Below are positions 1-8,305 of a stretch of DNA of 32,688 nt, one piece after another (position 1 is the stretch's first letter; the number at the start of each line of letters is the position of its first letter). A program made the translations under genes and the position numbers. Under the pieces are notes generated by a model. That model was not told the DNA's origin. It did not search any database and was given only the letters and a program-made list of their open reading frames with translations. Source of the DNA: Candidatus Beckwithbacteria bacterium (GTDB lineage Bacteria > Patescibacteriota > Microgenomatia > UBA1400 > UBA1449); NCBI GenBank assembly GCA_012798485.1, contig JAAZND010000027.1, positions 1 through 32,688 on the forward strand, written 5' to 3'.

Positions 1-216
1 ATGCCTTTTTCTAGCTTTAATTTTTCTTTGAGTAGATACTGCTTGAGCATGAATAGCTACATAGATATTTTTCCAACGATTTCGTTTTAACTCTCTGCTG
101 ACAGTTGAAGGTTGACGATTTAATCTGTGAGCAATTTGTCTAATTGAAATATTTTGTGACTTCCAAATAGCAATCAGATCTCTTTCTTTAGAAGTCAGTT
201 TGTTTATTTTTTTCAT
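1..216 (-). CDS. IS30-family transposase, N-terminal HTH part (partial)
   Basis: Manual translation (absent from the ORF track): MKKINKLTSKERDLIAIWKSQNISIRQIAHRLNRQPSTVSRELKRNRWKNIYVAIHAQAVSTQRKIKARKRH. 'LTxxER...SIRQIAxxLxRxxSTVSRELKRN' is the typical IS30 HTH. An alternative in-frame ATG is at 225. Confidence 0.88.
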   Translation of the reverse strand, partial: MKKINKLTSKERDLIAIWKSQNISIRQIAHRLNRQPSTVSRELKRNRWKNIYVAIHAQAVSTQRKIKARKRH

Positions 217-260
217 ACTTTGCATTTTACTGCAAAGTGTTGCTTTTCCATTTAGAACTT
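1..260 (-). mobile_element. IS30-family insertion sequence, left end (continues beyond window start)
   Basis: Transposase N-terminus at 216..1. Upstream lies an IS30-like terminal IR candidate (minus strand AAGTTCTAAATGGAAAAGCAACACT, ~260..236), where racemase similarity stops abruptly. The partner IR is outside the window. Confidence 0.8.
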
Positions 261-728
261 AGGGATGGTAAAACAACTTCAACTTTATTTTGATTTAATT
301 GATTTTGATATAGCCTTGTTTGAATTGTCATTGGCGATGCTAATAAACCAATTTTTTTATATTTGCCTAAACTTACTTCATTAACTACAGCATCGATCAT
401 AGAAATAAATGGTTTTTCTGTCTGATTTTGTAATTCCGGTAATATTAAATGTGCCATATTGCAAGCCATAGCAAAATAGCAAACTGGTATCTGCGACAAT
501 CTACTTACTCTATCTCGCAAAATAGAAAGCGCTACATTTTTATTTTTTTTATTGCAAAAAAAATCAGGCACCGGAATTGAGTCGATAATAATTTCCGGAT
601 AATCATTGTTATTTGCTGCGCCAAAGATACTCCCGACTTGCTTCGATTATCAACTGATACAGCTGAGCTGAAGCATCGAGCCCCATACCACCTAAGACAC
701 CAATAATTTTATGATTTATTTTTTTCAT
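261..728 (-). pseudogene. Aspartate/glutamate racemase family gene, frameshifted and IS-interrupted
   Basis: ATG at 728 with SD AGGAGA gives MKKINHKIIGVLGGMG.. (racemase N-terminal motif), which stops at TAA 611..609. The shifted frame continues ..NDYPEIIIDSIPVPDF..ACNMAH..KIGLLAS.. (ORF 227..571). The C-terminus with the second catalytic Cys is replaced by IS30 sequence. Confidence 0.85.
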
Positions 729-754
729 ATATTCTCCTATTTAAATTAATTAAC

Positions 755-980
755 AAAAAACCCTTGCAGCTCACCAAAAAAAATTGGTTAGTCACAAGGG
801 CTTTCAAAAATTGAAGGCGGTGCCACCTTGTTTTATCAAATTGTCACCAATTTGAACTTAACAACCGACTCTTAAAAATGACATCGGTTTGAAGTGTGGT
901 TACGGACTTCTACCGGGAAAAACTACTCAGTGTAAACTTTTTGCCTTTCCAGCTCCAGGGCCCATTCTCCCTATCAACGC
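755..980 (-). promoter_or_regulatory. T-box riboswitch with intrinsic terminator
   Basis: Minus strand shows T-box ACAAGG-TGGCACC-GC (831..817) pairing with GC-CCTTGT, terminator CCCTTGTG...TGCAAGGG-TTTTTT, an AGTAG box, a CCGTAAC box, and 5' GCGTTGAT-AGGG-AGAATGGG-CCCT-GGAGC as Stem I with GA/K-turn. Confidence 0.9.
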
Positions 981-1017
981 TCTTCTATAAGAAATTAGAA
1001 CATAAATCAAAAAATAG

Positions 1018-1091
1018 TGTCAGAGGTGGGAGTCGGACCCACGACCTCAGCGTTATGAATGCTGTGCTCTAACCAACTGAGCTACCCTGAC
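1018..1091 (-). tRNA. tRNA with CAT anticodon (elongator Met or Ile2)
   Basis: GTCAGGG TA GCTC AGTTGGTTA GAGC A CAGCA TTCATAA CGCTG AGGTC GTGGG TCCGACT CCCAC CTCTGAC A forms a cloverleaf. CCA is not encoded. Confidence 0.93.
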
Positions 1092-1097
1092 ATAACT

Positions 1098-1186
1098 AAT
1101 TTAAAATGCAAAATGAAAAATACAAAATTTAAAGAAGAAAAATAAATTAAAAATAATTTTTAGTTTTTCATTTTTAATTTTAAATT
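1098..1186. repeat. AT-rich imperfect inverted repeat between the two tRNA genes
   Basis: AATTTAAAATGCAAAATGAAAAAT.. resembles the reverse complement of ..AGTTTTTCATTTTTAATTTTAAATT. Confidence 0.45.
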
Positions 1187-1189
1187 AAT

Positions 1190-1266
1190 TGGTAGCGGGT
1201 CCCCGGTAACGCTCCAGAGGTTAAGCGAGGTTATGAGCCTCGCGGGATACTTACCCCCCACCCGCT
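1190..1266 (-). tRNA. tRNA-Met(CAT), probable initiator, atypical
   Basis: AGCGGGT/ACCCGCT acceptor stem plus A-CCA, anticodon arm CGAGG-CTCATAA-CCTCG, short D arm and non-canonical T loop AGCGTTA. Confidence 0.82.
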
Positions 1267-1347
1267 ATATGCAAACTACGAAACAAAATATATCTTATCA
1301 AATTTACCTTTTTTAAGCAATTTTAATTTAGAGAAAAATTATAGGAT

Positions 1348-1722
1348 TTATAAAAACAAATTCAACCAATTTTGCAAATTATTGCTTGTTTTTACAAGTT
1401 CTTTATTTTGAGAACTATATAGTCGATAGGCAGAAGCATTATTTTCCTCCTTGAGACTATTTGGTAAAACCACCATTTTTTCTCCAGGTTTAATCATTTT
1501 TAATTTATCTCTAATTTCTTTTTCAATATATTGAGCATCTTTTCTCTTATTTTGATCTTGAAGATAAAAAAATTTTTCTTTTTTTAAATCTTCAACTTTA
1601 TCTTGAGCCAATTTAATTCTTTCTTCCACTTTAATAACCCTAAAACTATTTTCAATAATACCCACCACAAGAAACATGATGACACAAACAAAAAAAATGG
1701 TGAGTAAGCGACCGAATCTCAT
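1348..1722 (-). CDS. Septum formation initiator (FtsB/DivIC family)
   Basis: N-terminal TM helix, coiled coil, and the DivIC-type motif YIEKEIRDKLKMIKPGE. Confidence 0.85.
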   Translation of the reverse strand: MRFGRLLTIFFVCVIMFLVVGIIENSFRVIKVEERIKLAQDKVEDLKKEKFFYLQDQNKRKDAQYIEKEIRDKLKMIKPGEKMVVLPNSLKEENNASAYRLYSSQNKELVKTSNNLQNWLNLFL

Positions 1723-1723
1723 C

Positions 1724-1752
1724 TTTACAAAAATCCTCAGTTTTGCTATTAT
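1724..1752 (+). promoter_or_regulatory. Sigma70-type promoter of the recombinase gene
   Basis: TTTACA (1724-1729), 17 nt spacer, TATTAT (1747-1752) with extended TG. It overlaps a minus-strand TATAAT (1753..1748) facing the divIC-like gene. Confidence 0.55.
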
Positions 1753-1796
1753 AAGCTAAGTTTTTTATAAAATAATTTCTGTCTCAAAATTACATC

Positions 1797-2657
1797 ATGG
1801 CTCTTAACCTAGATCAAACTCATCAAAACTTTTTAAACTTTCTGCAAGAAAAAGGTAGAGCTTCTGCTACTATTTTAGCATACGGTAATGATATTGAGCA
1901 GTTTTTAACTTTTCTCAAAGGAAAAAATATCAATGAAATAGAACAAGTCTCTGTTAATGATATTGAGGACTTCAAAAACCATCTTTTGCAAAATAAATAC
2001 ACTACTAAATCGGTTGCAAGAAAATTAAATTCAATCAAAACTTATTATAAATATTTAGAAAAAGAAGGTTTAATTAAAGAAAATCCTAGCCAAAAAGTTG
2101 AACATCCTAAATATATTCTCACACCTCCTAGGATTTTAACCAAAATGGAATATCGCAGTCTAAGAGATGTGGTAAGAAACGATCCTAGAATGTATGCTAT
2201 TGTAGAGCTATTTTTACAAACCGGCATTAGAATTAGCGAACTGGCAAGATTAAAACTTAAAGACATCCAAAACAACAAAATTACTATCAATGCTTATGAA
2301 TCTCATATTACTCGTACTATTCCTTTAAACAAACCAGCTCAAAATGCCATTAATGAATGGTTAATGCTTCGCACTCAAAGCGAAAATGATGAATTATTTA
2401 TTACCAAGACGGGAAAACCATTTCAAGTAAGAAATATCCGCACCTCCATGGATCGTTATTTTCGCCTGGCTGATATCAAAAATGCCACCGTTAATGATCT
2501 TAGACATACTTTTATTGCTCATCAACTTAAAGCTGGAACTCCTTTAATTTTGGTTTCAAAACTGGCTGGGCACAAAAGATTGTCTACTACAGAAAAATAT
2601 CTTGAATTCATCAAAGAAAGCAATGGGCAGGAAAACATGAAACTTGAAGCTTTATAA
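1797..2657 (+). CDS. XerC/XerD-like tyrosine recombinase
   Basis: Core-binding domain (TILAY..D, SVARKLNSIK..Y), TGIRISE, LRHTF, LAGH..STTEKY. Confidence 0.9.
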   Translation: MALNLDQTHQNFLNFLQEKGRASATILAYGNDIEQFLTFLKGKNINEIEQVSVNDIEDFKNHLLQNKYTTKSVARKLNSIKTYYKYLEKEGLIKENPSQKVEHPKYILTPPRILTKMEYRSLRDVVRNDPRMYAIVELFLQTGIRISELARLKLKDIQNNKITINAYESHITRTIPLNKPAQNAINEWLMLRTQSENDELFITKTGKPFQVRNIRTSMDRYFRLADIKNATVNDLRHTFIAHQLKAGTPLILVSKLAGHKRLSTTEKYLEFIKESNGQENMKLEAL

Positions 2658-3608
2658 TTTTCTCTGAAATTGAAAATCCCAGATCATCTGTGATATTTTG
2701 GGTACCACTTCTAAAACTTCACTTTCCTTAATCCCTTCAGTTAAAATACATAAACCATAAGGATTAGCAGCTAAAACCAAACCACAATCACTGTAAATCT
2801 GAATCCCATTTCCGATTTTATGGACCACTTGAACATTTGCAGGAATTCCTGCTGGGATACGATCTTCATATTCGGTTTGAGTCAAACTATCCAAAAATAA
2901 TTGTTTATCACTTTGATTTTGAAAAATTTTATTATTATAAATATCAATCAATAACAACGTCATATCTTTAGCTGAGGTTGTATTGTCTTCTATATTTGTC
3001 TGATTCATTTTTCTAGAAGAAACAAAAGCTTGAATTTTGTCTATACCTGCTTTTTGGGCTAAAACATAAACCGCAGTATTGTCACTATATTTTCCCGCAA
3101 AAGATACCAAATCCTGATAAGTATATTGCGAACCGAATTGTTGATTAATCAAAGTTCCACTTCCATCCTGAACATCCTTCCTTGCCAAAGTATAAACTTC
3201 CCCTAAGTCTTGCTCTCCATTTTCTACTTGTCTTAAATATTCAACCACAATAGGAATTTTATTAATTGAAGCTGCTGGATAAGTTTTATCATAATTTTCT
3301 CCTAACACATAATTATCTTTGATAGAATAAAACAGCCAACCATATTCACCTTGTTTATCGATTAGTAAATTGTTAATCTTTGCTTTCAATTCTTCAGCAG
3401 AAAGATTGGTCCATTGAGACACATAGCTATTTTGATCATTGCGCTCAGCAGTAAATTCATATTTTTTCTCTGGTAAAATTTGGATGTTAAAATTCTTAGC
3501 AGGTTGATTCAAAAACCAAATCAAAAAACAAAGTATAGAAATAAATAAAAATAACCAAAACGGTTTTCTCTTGTGTAAATTAGAATTTATTTGTTTTAAA
3601 TCTTGCAT
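2652..3608 (-). CDS. Membrane-anchored serine hydrolase, class A beta-lactamase-like
   Basis: N-terminal TM helix and motifs AASINK (SxxK), SDN, HKIG. Confidence 0.88.
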   Translation of the reverse strand: MQDLKQINSNLHKRKPFWLFLFISILCFLIWFLNQPAKNFNIQILPEKKYEFTAERNDQNSYVSQWTNLSAEELKAKINNLLIDKQGEYGWLFYSIKDNYVLGENYDKTYPAASINKIPIVVEYLRQVENGEQDLGEVYTLARKDVQDGSGTLINQQFGSQYTYQDLVSFAGKYSDNTAVYVLAQKAGIDKIQAFVSSRKMNQTNIEDNTTSAKDMTLLLIDIYNNKIFQNQSDKQLFLDSLTQTEYEDRIPAGIPANVQVVHKIGNGIQIYSDCGLVLAANPYGLCILTEGIKESEVLEVVPKISQMIWDFQFQRKL

Positions 3609-3614
3609 ATATTT

Positions 3615-4562
3615 TTAGGAAAGAAGTTTTTTTATCTCAGGCAAAAATAAAAGTCCTTGTTTAGGTCCAACCTTACTTACAACAGAAGCGGCATTATAAG
3701 CGGCGATTTTTAAACTATCGGCGATAGAAAACCCAAGAATTTGTCCAGCCACAAAAGAAGAACCAAAGCTATCACCAGCCCCAGTTTCTTCAACAGTTTT
3801 CGCTTTTACAATATCCTGAAAATAGATTTTTTTATCTTGAGTAAAAACTCGAGAACCTTTTCTGCCTTCCGTAATCAACACCATTTCACAGCCCAATTTT
3901 AACACGTCTTTCTGTTTAAATTCTTCATTGCCATCTTTGCCAAGCAAATCCAAAAATTCTTGTTTGTTTAAAATTAAGATATGAATAAAAGGTAAAAAAC
4001 TCAATAATGTTTTTCTGTCCTCAAGCTCACTTCCTCCTGGATTGAAAGCAATTTTAATTTGCTTATTTTTTGACAAACCAATCATCTTGGCAAGCAATTT
4101 AAAATCTCCTCCCAAACTTGAAGCATAAATCCAATCAGCATCAAGTCGATCCCAGTCAACTTTATACCAAGACAATAAATTAGAGGCAGCTCGATGTACC
4201 AAAATAGTTCTTCCCCCATCCTGGCCTACCAACACTATACTACTACTGGTGGGTTTTTTAGCTGTTGCTTGTAAGTGGACAAGGCTTACGCCTTCATCTC
4301 GAAGTTTAGCTCTCACAATTGAAGCCCAATAGTCTCGTCCCACGCAAGCTATGAGTCCAGTTTGCAAACCCAAACGCTCGAAACAAACAGCTACATTGGT
4401 AGCTCCACCTCCAGTTGTCATAAGATTATCATCAAGATTAATTTTCCCGCCATATTCGGTACACAACATCGGTCCTTCTTCTTTTTTATAAATTTTAAAA
4501 TCTGCAGAAGTTAAATAAATATCAATGGTAGCACTACCAAAACATAAAACATTAAATTTCAT
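3615..4562 (-). CDS. PfkB-family carbohydrate kinase
   Basis: GGGATNVA, NPG, N..E, ETGAGDSFGS motifs. Confidence 0.92.
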   Translation of the reverse strand: MKFNVLCFGSATIDIYLTSADFKIYKKEEGPMLCTEYGGKINLDDNLMTTGGGATNVAVCFERLGLQTGLIACVGRDYWASIVRAKLRDEGVSLVHLQATAKKPTSSSIVLVGQDGGRTILVHRAASNLLSWYKVDWDRLDADWIYASSLGGDFKLLAKMIGLSKNKQIKIAFNPGGSELEDRKTLLSFLPFIHILILNKQEFLDLLGKDGNEEFKQKDVLKLGCEMVLITEGRKGSRVFTQDKKIYFQDIVKAKTVEETGAGDSFGSSFVAGQILGFSIADSLKIAAYNAASVVSKVGPKQGLLFLPEIKKLLS

Positions 4563-4598
4563 GGTCTCATTTTAACAAAGAAGCTAAATTGTTAAAAG

Positions 4599-5528
4599 TC
4601 AGCTAGTAATTTGTAAAATTTTTTCTTCAATTCCTTTTTGATCAAGTTGATAATAATGTAAAAGTTCATCTAAACTACGACTCGACTGACCAAATTCACC
4701 CTTAACTCCATGACAAAAAACCGGCACAGGAAATTTTTCTGCCAAAAACTGAGCAATCCTACTTCCCAGTCCGCCAATAATCTGATGATCTTCAATGGTT
4801 AAAACTTTTTTGGTTTTTTGCGCTGACTGTAAAACCAAATCTTCAGCCAAAGGTTTAAGGCTATTTAAATTGATCAACTCAACATCAAGCTTTCCTACTA
4901 AGTTATTCGCTGCTTGCAAAGCAAAATAAGCCATCGGGCCAGCGGTAATAACTGTTAAATCACTACCTGGTCTCAAAACCTCTACCTGACCAATTTTAAA
5001 ATCACTGGTAAAGTTGGGTAGTTCATATTTGGATAAACGAATATAAACTGGCCCTTTTTGCTTAAAGCTTTCAAAAACCGCCTGTTTAGCTTGATTGTAA
5101 TCAGCTGGAGTTAAAACAGTTAAATTAGGTAAAACTTGAGTAATGGCCAAATCTTCCAAAGCTTGATGACTTCCTCCATCAGCAAAATTAGAAAAACCAG
5201 TATGATGTCCAGCAATTTTAACATCCAAATTTTGCAAACAGACAGAAATTCTTAATTGATCCCAATTGCGGGCTGGAGAAAAACAAGCAAAGGAAGACAC
5301 AAAAACAGTTTTACCTGTCATTGCAATTCCAGCAGCAATTCCCATCATATTTTGTTCTGCCACCCCACATTGAACTGCACGATTGCTAAATTTATCAAAA
5401 AACCAATAGCAGCGAGTTGATTCTTTTAAATCTGCTGTAATTACAAAAACATCTCTTTCTTTTCCTCCTAATTCCAAAAGACCTTGACCAAATCCATCAC
5501 GTAAAGAATATTTTTTTTTAAATTTCAT
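4599..5528 (-). CDS. Transketolase, C-terminal subunit
   Basis: GVAEQNM, DGGSHQALED, PVYIR, EDHQIIGGLGS. Confidence 0.93.
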   Translation of the reverse strand: MKFKKKYSLRDGFGQGLLELGGKERDVFVITADLKESTRCYWFFDKFSNRAVQCGVAEQNMMGIAAGIAMTGKTVFVSSFACFSPARNWDQLRISVCLQNLDVKIAGHHTGFSNFADGGSHQALEDLAITQVLPNLTVLTPADYNQAKQAVFESFKQKGPVYIRLSKYELPNFTSDFKIGQVEVLRPGSDLTVITAGPMAYFALQAANNLVGKLDVELINLNSLKPLAEDLVLQSAQKTKKVLTIEDHQIIGGLGSRIAQFLAEKFPVPVFCHGVKGEFGQSSRSLDELLHYYQLDQKGIEEKILQITS

Positions 5529-6432
5529 AGTTAGTTCGTAATTCTTTTAAAGCTTTAATTAATTCTTCTTCCGTGGGAACTCTTCCATGCCACACGGGGT
5601 CATCTTGCATGAAGCTTACTCCTTTCCCCGCAATGGTATGAGCAATAATCATCACGCTATGGTTATAAATAGCTTTAGCCTTTAAATAGGTATCAATAAA
5701 ATCATCAATATCATTCCCATCACATTCCAAAACCAACAAACCAAAAGCTTCATATTTTTCTTTCAAAAATTCAATCGGCATAACTTCATAAGTATAGCCA
5801 TCTATTTGAATTTCATTGCGATCCAAAATAAAAATCAGATTATCCAATTTATATTTTTGGCAAAACATATAAGTTTCCCAAACTTGACCTTCTTGCTGCT
5901 CTCCATCAGAGGTAATACAGACAACATAATTTTGATCTCCATTTTGCTTATGCGAAAAAGCCATTCCAGCAGCTAAACTAACTCCTTGTCCCAAAGAGCC
6001 AGAAGTGTTTTCTACTCCAGGTAAGTTCTGATTTAGTAAATTGGAAGAGAAATCTTTAGCTTTACCACTCCAACGTAAATCATTGAAAGCAATATTCTCA
6101 GCTTTGTAATATCTTTGAAAATGAGGGTGACCCTGAAGAGAAGAACCAAAATCTCGAAGAGTTAACAATTTTTTGGTGGGAAAAAATCCTCTCTGAGCTA
6201 AGGTGGCATATAAAACTGGACAAATATGACCATTTGATAAAATTAATTTGTCTCGATCTTGCCTCCATGGGTTTTGCGGATCGATATTTAAAAGATAAAA
6301 ATAAAGAGCAGTAAAAATATCAGCCATGCCCAAGGCTCCAGCAGCATGACCAGTTTGAGCTTGATAAAGCATCTTTAAAATATCTTGACGGACAACGCTC
6401 GCTATACCTTCTAATTTGGGCAGATTATGCAT
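5518..6432 (-). CDS. Transketolase, N-terminal (TPP-binding) subunit
   Basis: RDKLILSNGH, LQGHP, SGSLGQG, SDGEQQEGQVWE..DRN, GKGVSF, WHG. Confidence 0.93.
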   Translation of the reverse strand: MHNLPKLEGIASVVRQDILKMLYQAQTGHAAGALGMADIFTALYFYLLNIDPQNPWRQDRDKLILSNGHICPVLYATLAQRGFFPTKKLLTLRDFGSSLQGHPHFQRYYKAENIAFNDLRWSGKAKDFSSNLLNQNLPGVENTSGSLGQGVSLAAGMAFSHKQNGDQNYVVCITSDGEQQEGQVWETYMFCQKYKLDNLIFILDRNEIQIDGYTYEVMPIEFLKEKYEAFGLLVLECDGNDIDDFIDTYLKAKAIYNHSVMIIAHTIAGKGVSFMQDDPVWHGRVPTEEELIKALKELRTNYEI

Positions 6433-6469
6433 AGCCCTATTTTATACTAAAAAAAGATTTAAGATAATG

Positions 6470-6475
6470 TATAAT
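6470..6475 (+). promoter_or_regulatory. -10 element upstream of fluoride riboswitch 1
   Basis: Perfect TATAAT 5 nt before the aptamer 5' end. Confidence 0.6.
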
Positions 6476-6480
6476 AATAT

Positions 6481-6543
6481 AAGCGATGAAGCTCGCTTAT
6501 GCGGTTAGCGCTAATAGCTTCTACTTTATAGTAGAGGCTTTTT
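6481..6543 (+). promoter_or_regulatory. Fluoride (crcB-class) riboswitch with terminator, upstream of the dynamin gene
   Basis: AAGCGA-TGAAGC-TCGCTT (P1 and loop), short P2 GCG/CGC, and 3' CTAATAGCTTCTAC (pseudoknot GAAGC/GCTTC) match consensus GGCGATGgNGTTCGCC...GCTRATGACNcCTAC. Overlapping terminator AGCTTCTAC-TTTATA-GTAGAGGCT-TTTT. Confidence 0.85.
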
Positions 6544-6547
6544 ATAT

Positions 6548-8305
6548 ATGAAACAAAAAAACATATTTACAGAATTTAAAACAATAATCGAAAACCTAAA
6601 AATAGTTGCAAACAGTAGTCAAAACACTCTAATAACTGAAGAAGTTAAAAAACTAGAAGTAAAAATTGCTAAAAAGGAATTTTTATTAATTATTTTAGGT
6701 CAATATAAAAGAGGTAAAAGCACTCTTATAAATGCTCTACTAGCGCAAAAATTATTGCCGACCTCAATAATACCCCTAACCTCCATTATCACAATAATAG
6801 CTTATGGAGATAAACCAAAGTGTGTTGTTGAATTTTTTCATAAAAAACCAAAAATACTTTCTATTTCTAAACTCCCAGAATTTATTACCGAGGGGAAAAA
6901 CCCAAAAAATATTAAAGGGGTTAAAAAGGTGTTTATAAATTTACCCAATGATTTTCTAAAACAAGGAATTCGCTTAGTAGATACCCCAGGAGTAGGCTCA
7001 ATTTATCAACACAACACTGATTTAAGCTATAAGTTTGTTAAACAAGCAGATATGGCAATTTTCTTAATAAGTCCAGACCCTCCTATAAGCCAAGCTGAAT
7101 TAAAATTTTTACAAACAATAAAAAATGATTTAGCTAAAATCATTTTTGTACAAAATAAAATTGACCAAATTGAAGCTGGAGATTTACAAAAATCTTTTCA
7201 ATTTAGCCAAAAAGTTATTAATGAGGTTTTTGATAATAAAAAAATAAGACTTTATCAAGTTTCTGCCAAAAAAGGACTCGAGGGTAAAATTGAAAACAAT
7301 CCCGATAAAATACAAACCAGCAATATTATAAAACTAGAAGAGCAGCTTAAAAATAAATTCCTTTCCAAAAAAGACAATATTTTAATATTATCCCTAATTA
7401 TCAAAATCCAAAATCTTATTAAAGAACTTGAATTTGAAATAAAATTAAAACAAGAATCTCTAAGATTGCCAATTGAAAAATTAAAAGAAAAAACTGAATT
7501 ATTCCATCAAGAAGCGTTAAAAATTAAACAAGAAAAAGAAGATAGTAATTATATTCTTCAAGGTCAAATAGAAAAAATAATCAAAGAAACTTTAGTTAAA
7601 GACCTGGAAGATTTACAAAAAATTGAAATCCCCAATTTAAGACTTATGTTTAAAAATTTTACCCAAACCAATCTTAATTTGTCTGGATCTGAGTTATTAA
7701 AAACATTTAATCAGTTTATCGAAAAAACAATAAAAAATATCTTTAAGCAATGGCGTAAAGAAGAAGAAAAAAAGCTACAAAAAATTTTAAATAAAATTAT
7801 CATTCGCTTTTCTCATCAAAACAATCTTCGTATCCAAAAAATTAAACAAATATCATCTGAAATTTTTAATTTTGAGATTAATAAAATTGAAGATAATCTT
7901 CTATTTGCTAAAGAATTCGAATTTAGATTTGCCTTTGATGAATATAAAATTAACCTTGACTTTTATAGTCCACTAATTTCAAAATTACCAAAATTTCTCT
8001 CTCATAAATTGCTTTATCCCAAAATGGAAAGGGATTTATTGAATGAGCTCGATCGGCATTGTGGTCGTTGTCGTTATGATTTTAGTCAAAGAATTAATAA
8101 AAGTATCCTTGATTATCATAACAAATTAGAAAGAGACTTAGAACAAGCTATTAAAAATATTGAGATAATTTTGATAAAAACCATAGAACAAAAAGGAGAG
8201 CAAGAACAACAAGAGAAGATTATAAGCCTTAAGCTCAATCAACAAAGGTTAATGCTTAACAAAATAAAGAAAAAATTATTAGAAATCAATCGCTATGAAC
8301 TTTAA
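6548..8305 (+). CDS. Bacterial dynamin-like GTPase
   Basis: G1 GQYKRGKS, G2 LPTSIIPLT, G3 DTPG, G4 NKID, VSAK, followed by a long helical coiled-coil trunk. Confidence 0.9.
   Translation: MKQKNIFTEFKTIIENLKIVANSSQNTLITEEVKKLEVKIAKKEFLLIILGQYKRGKSTLINALLAQKLLPTSIIPLTSIITIIAYGDKPKCVVEFFHKKPKILSISKLPEFITEGKNPKNIKGVKKVFINLPNDFLKQGIRLVDTPGVGSIYQHNTDLSYKFVKQADMAIFLISPDPPISQAELKFLQTIKNDLAKIIFVQNKIDQIEAGDLQKSFQFSQKVINEVFDNKKIRLYQVSAKKGLEGKIENNPDKIQTSNIIKLEEQLKNKFLSKKDNILILSLIIKIQNLIKELEFEIKLKQESLRLPIEKLKEKTELFHQEALKIKQEKEDSNYILQGQIEKIIKETLVKDLEDLQKIEIPNLRLMFKNFTQTNLNLSGSELLKTFNQFIEKTIKNIFKQWRKEEEKKLQKILNKIIIRFSHQNNLRIQKIKQISSEIFNFEINKIEDNLLFAKEFEFRFAFDEYKINLDFYSPLISKLPKFLSHKLLYPKMERDLLNELDRHCGRCRYDFSQRINKSILDYHNKLERDLEQAIKNIEIILIKTIEQKGEQEQQEKIISLKLNQQRLMLNKIKKKLLEINRYEL

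Noticed and set aside
227-571. ORF-track 114-aa protein as an intact gene
   Set aside because: It is the middle of a frameshifted racemase fused to IS30 end sequence.
1797-2657. Recombinase as a prophage or island integrase at the tRNA genes
   Set aside because: Xer-sized with no arm-binding domain, flanked by housekeeping genes, and no duplicated tRNA 3' end is seen in the window.
2652-3608. Antibiotic-resistance beta-lactamase
   Set aside because: A membrane-anchored class A-like serine hydrolase; the motifs alone do not establish beta-lactam hydrolysis.
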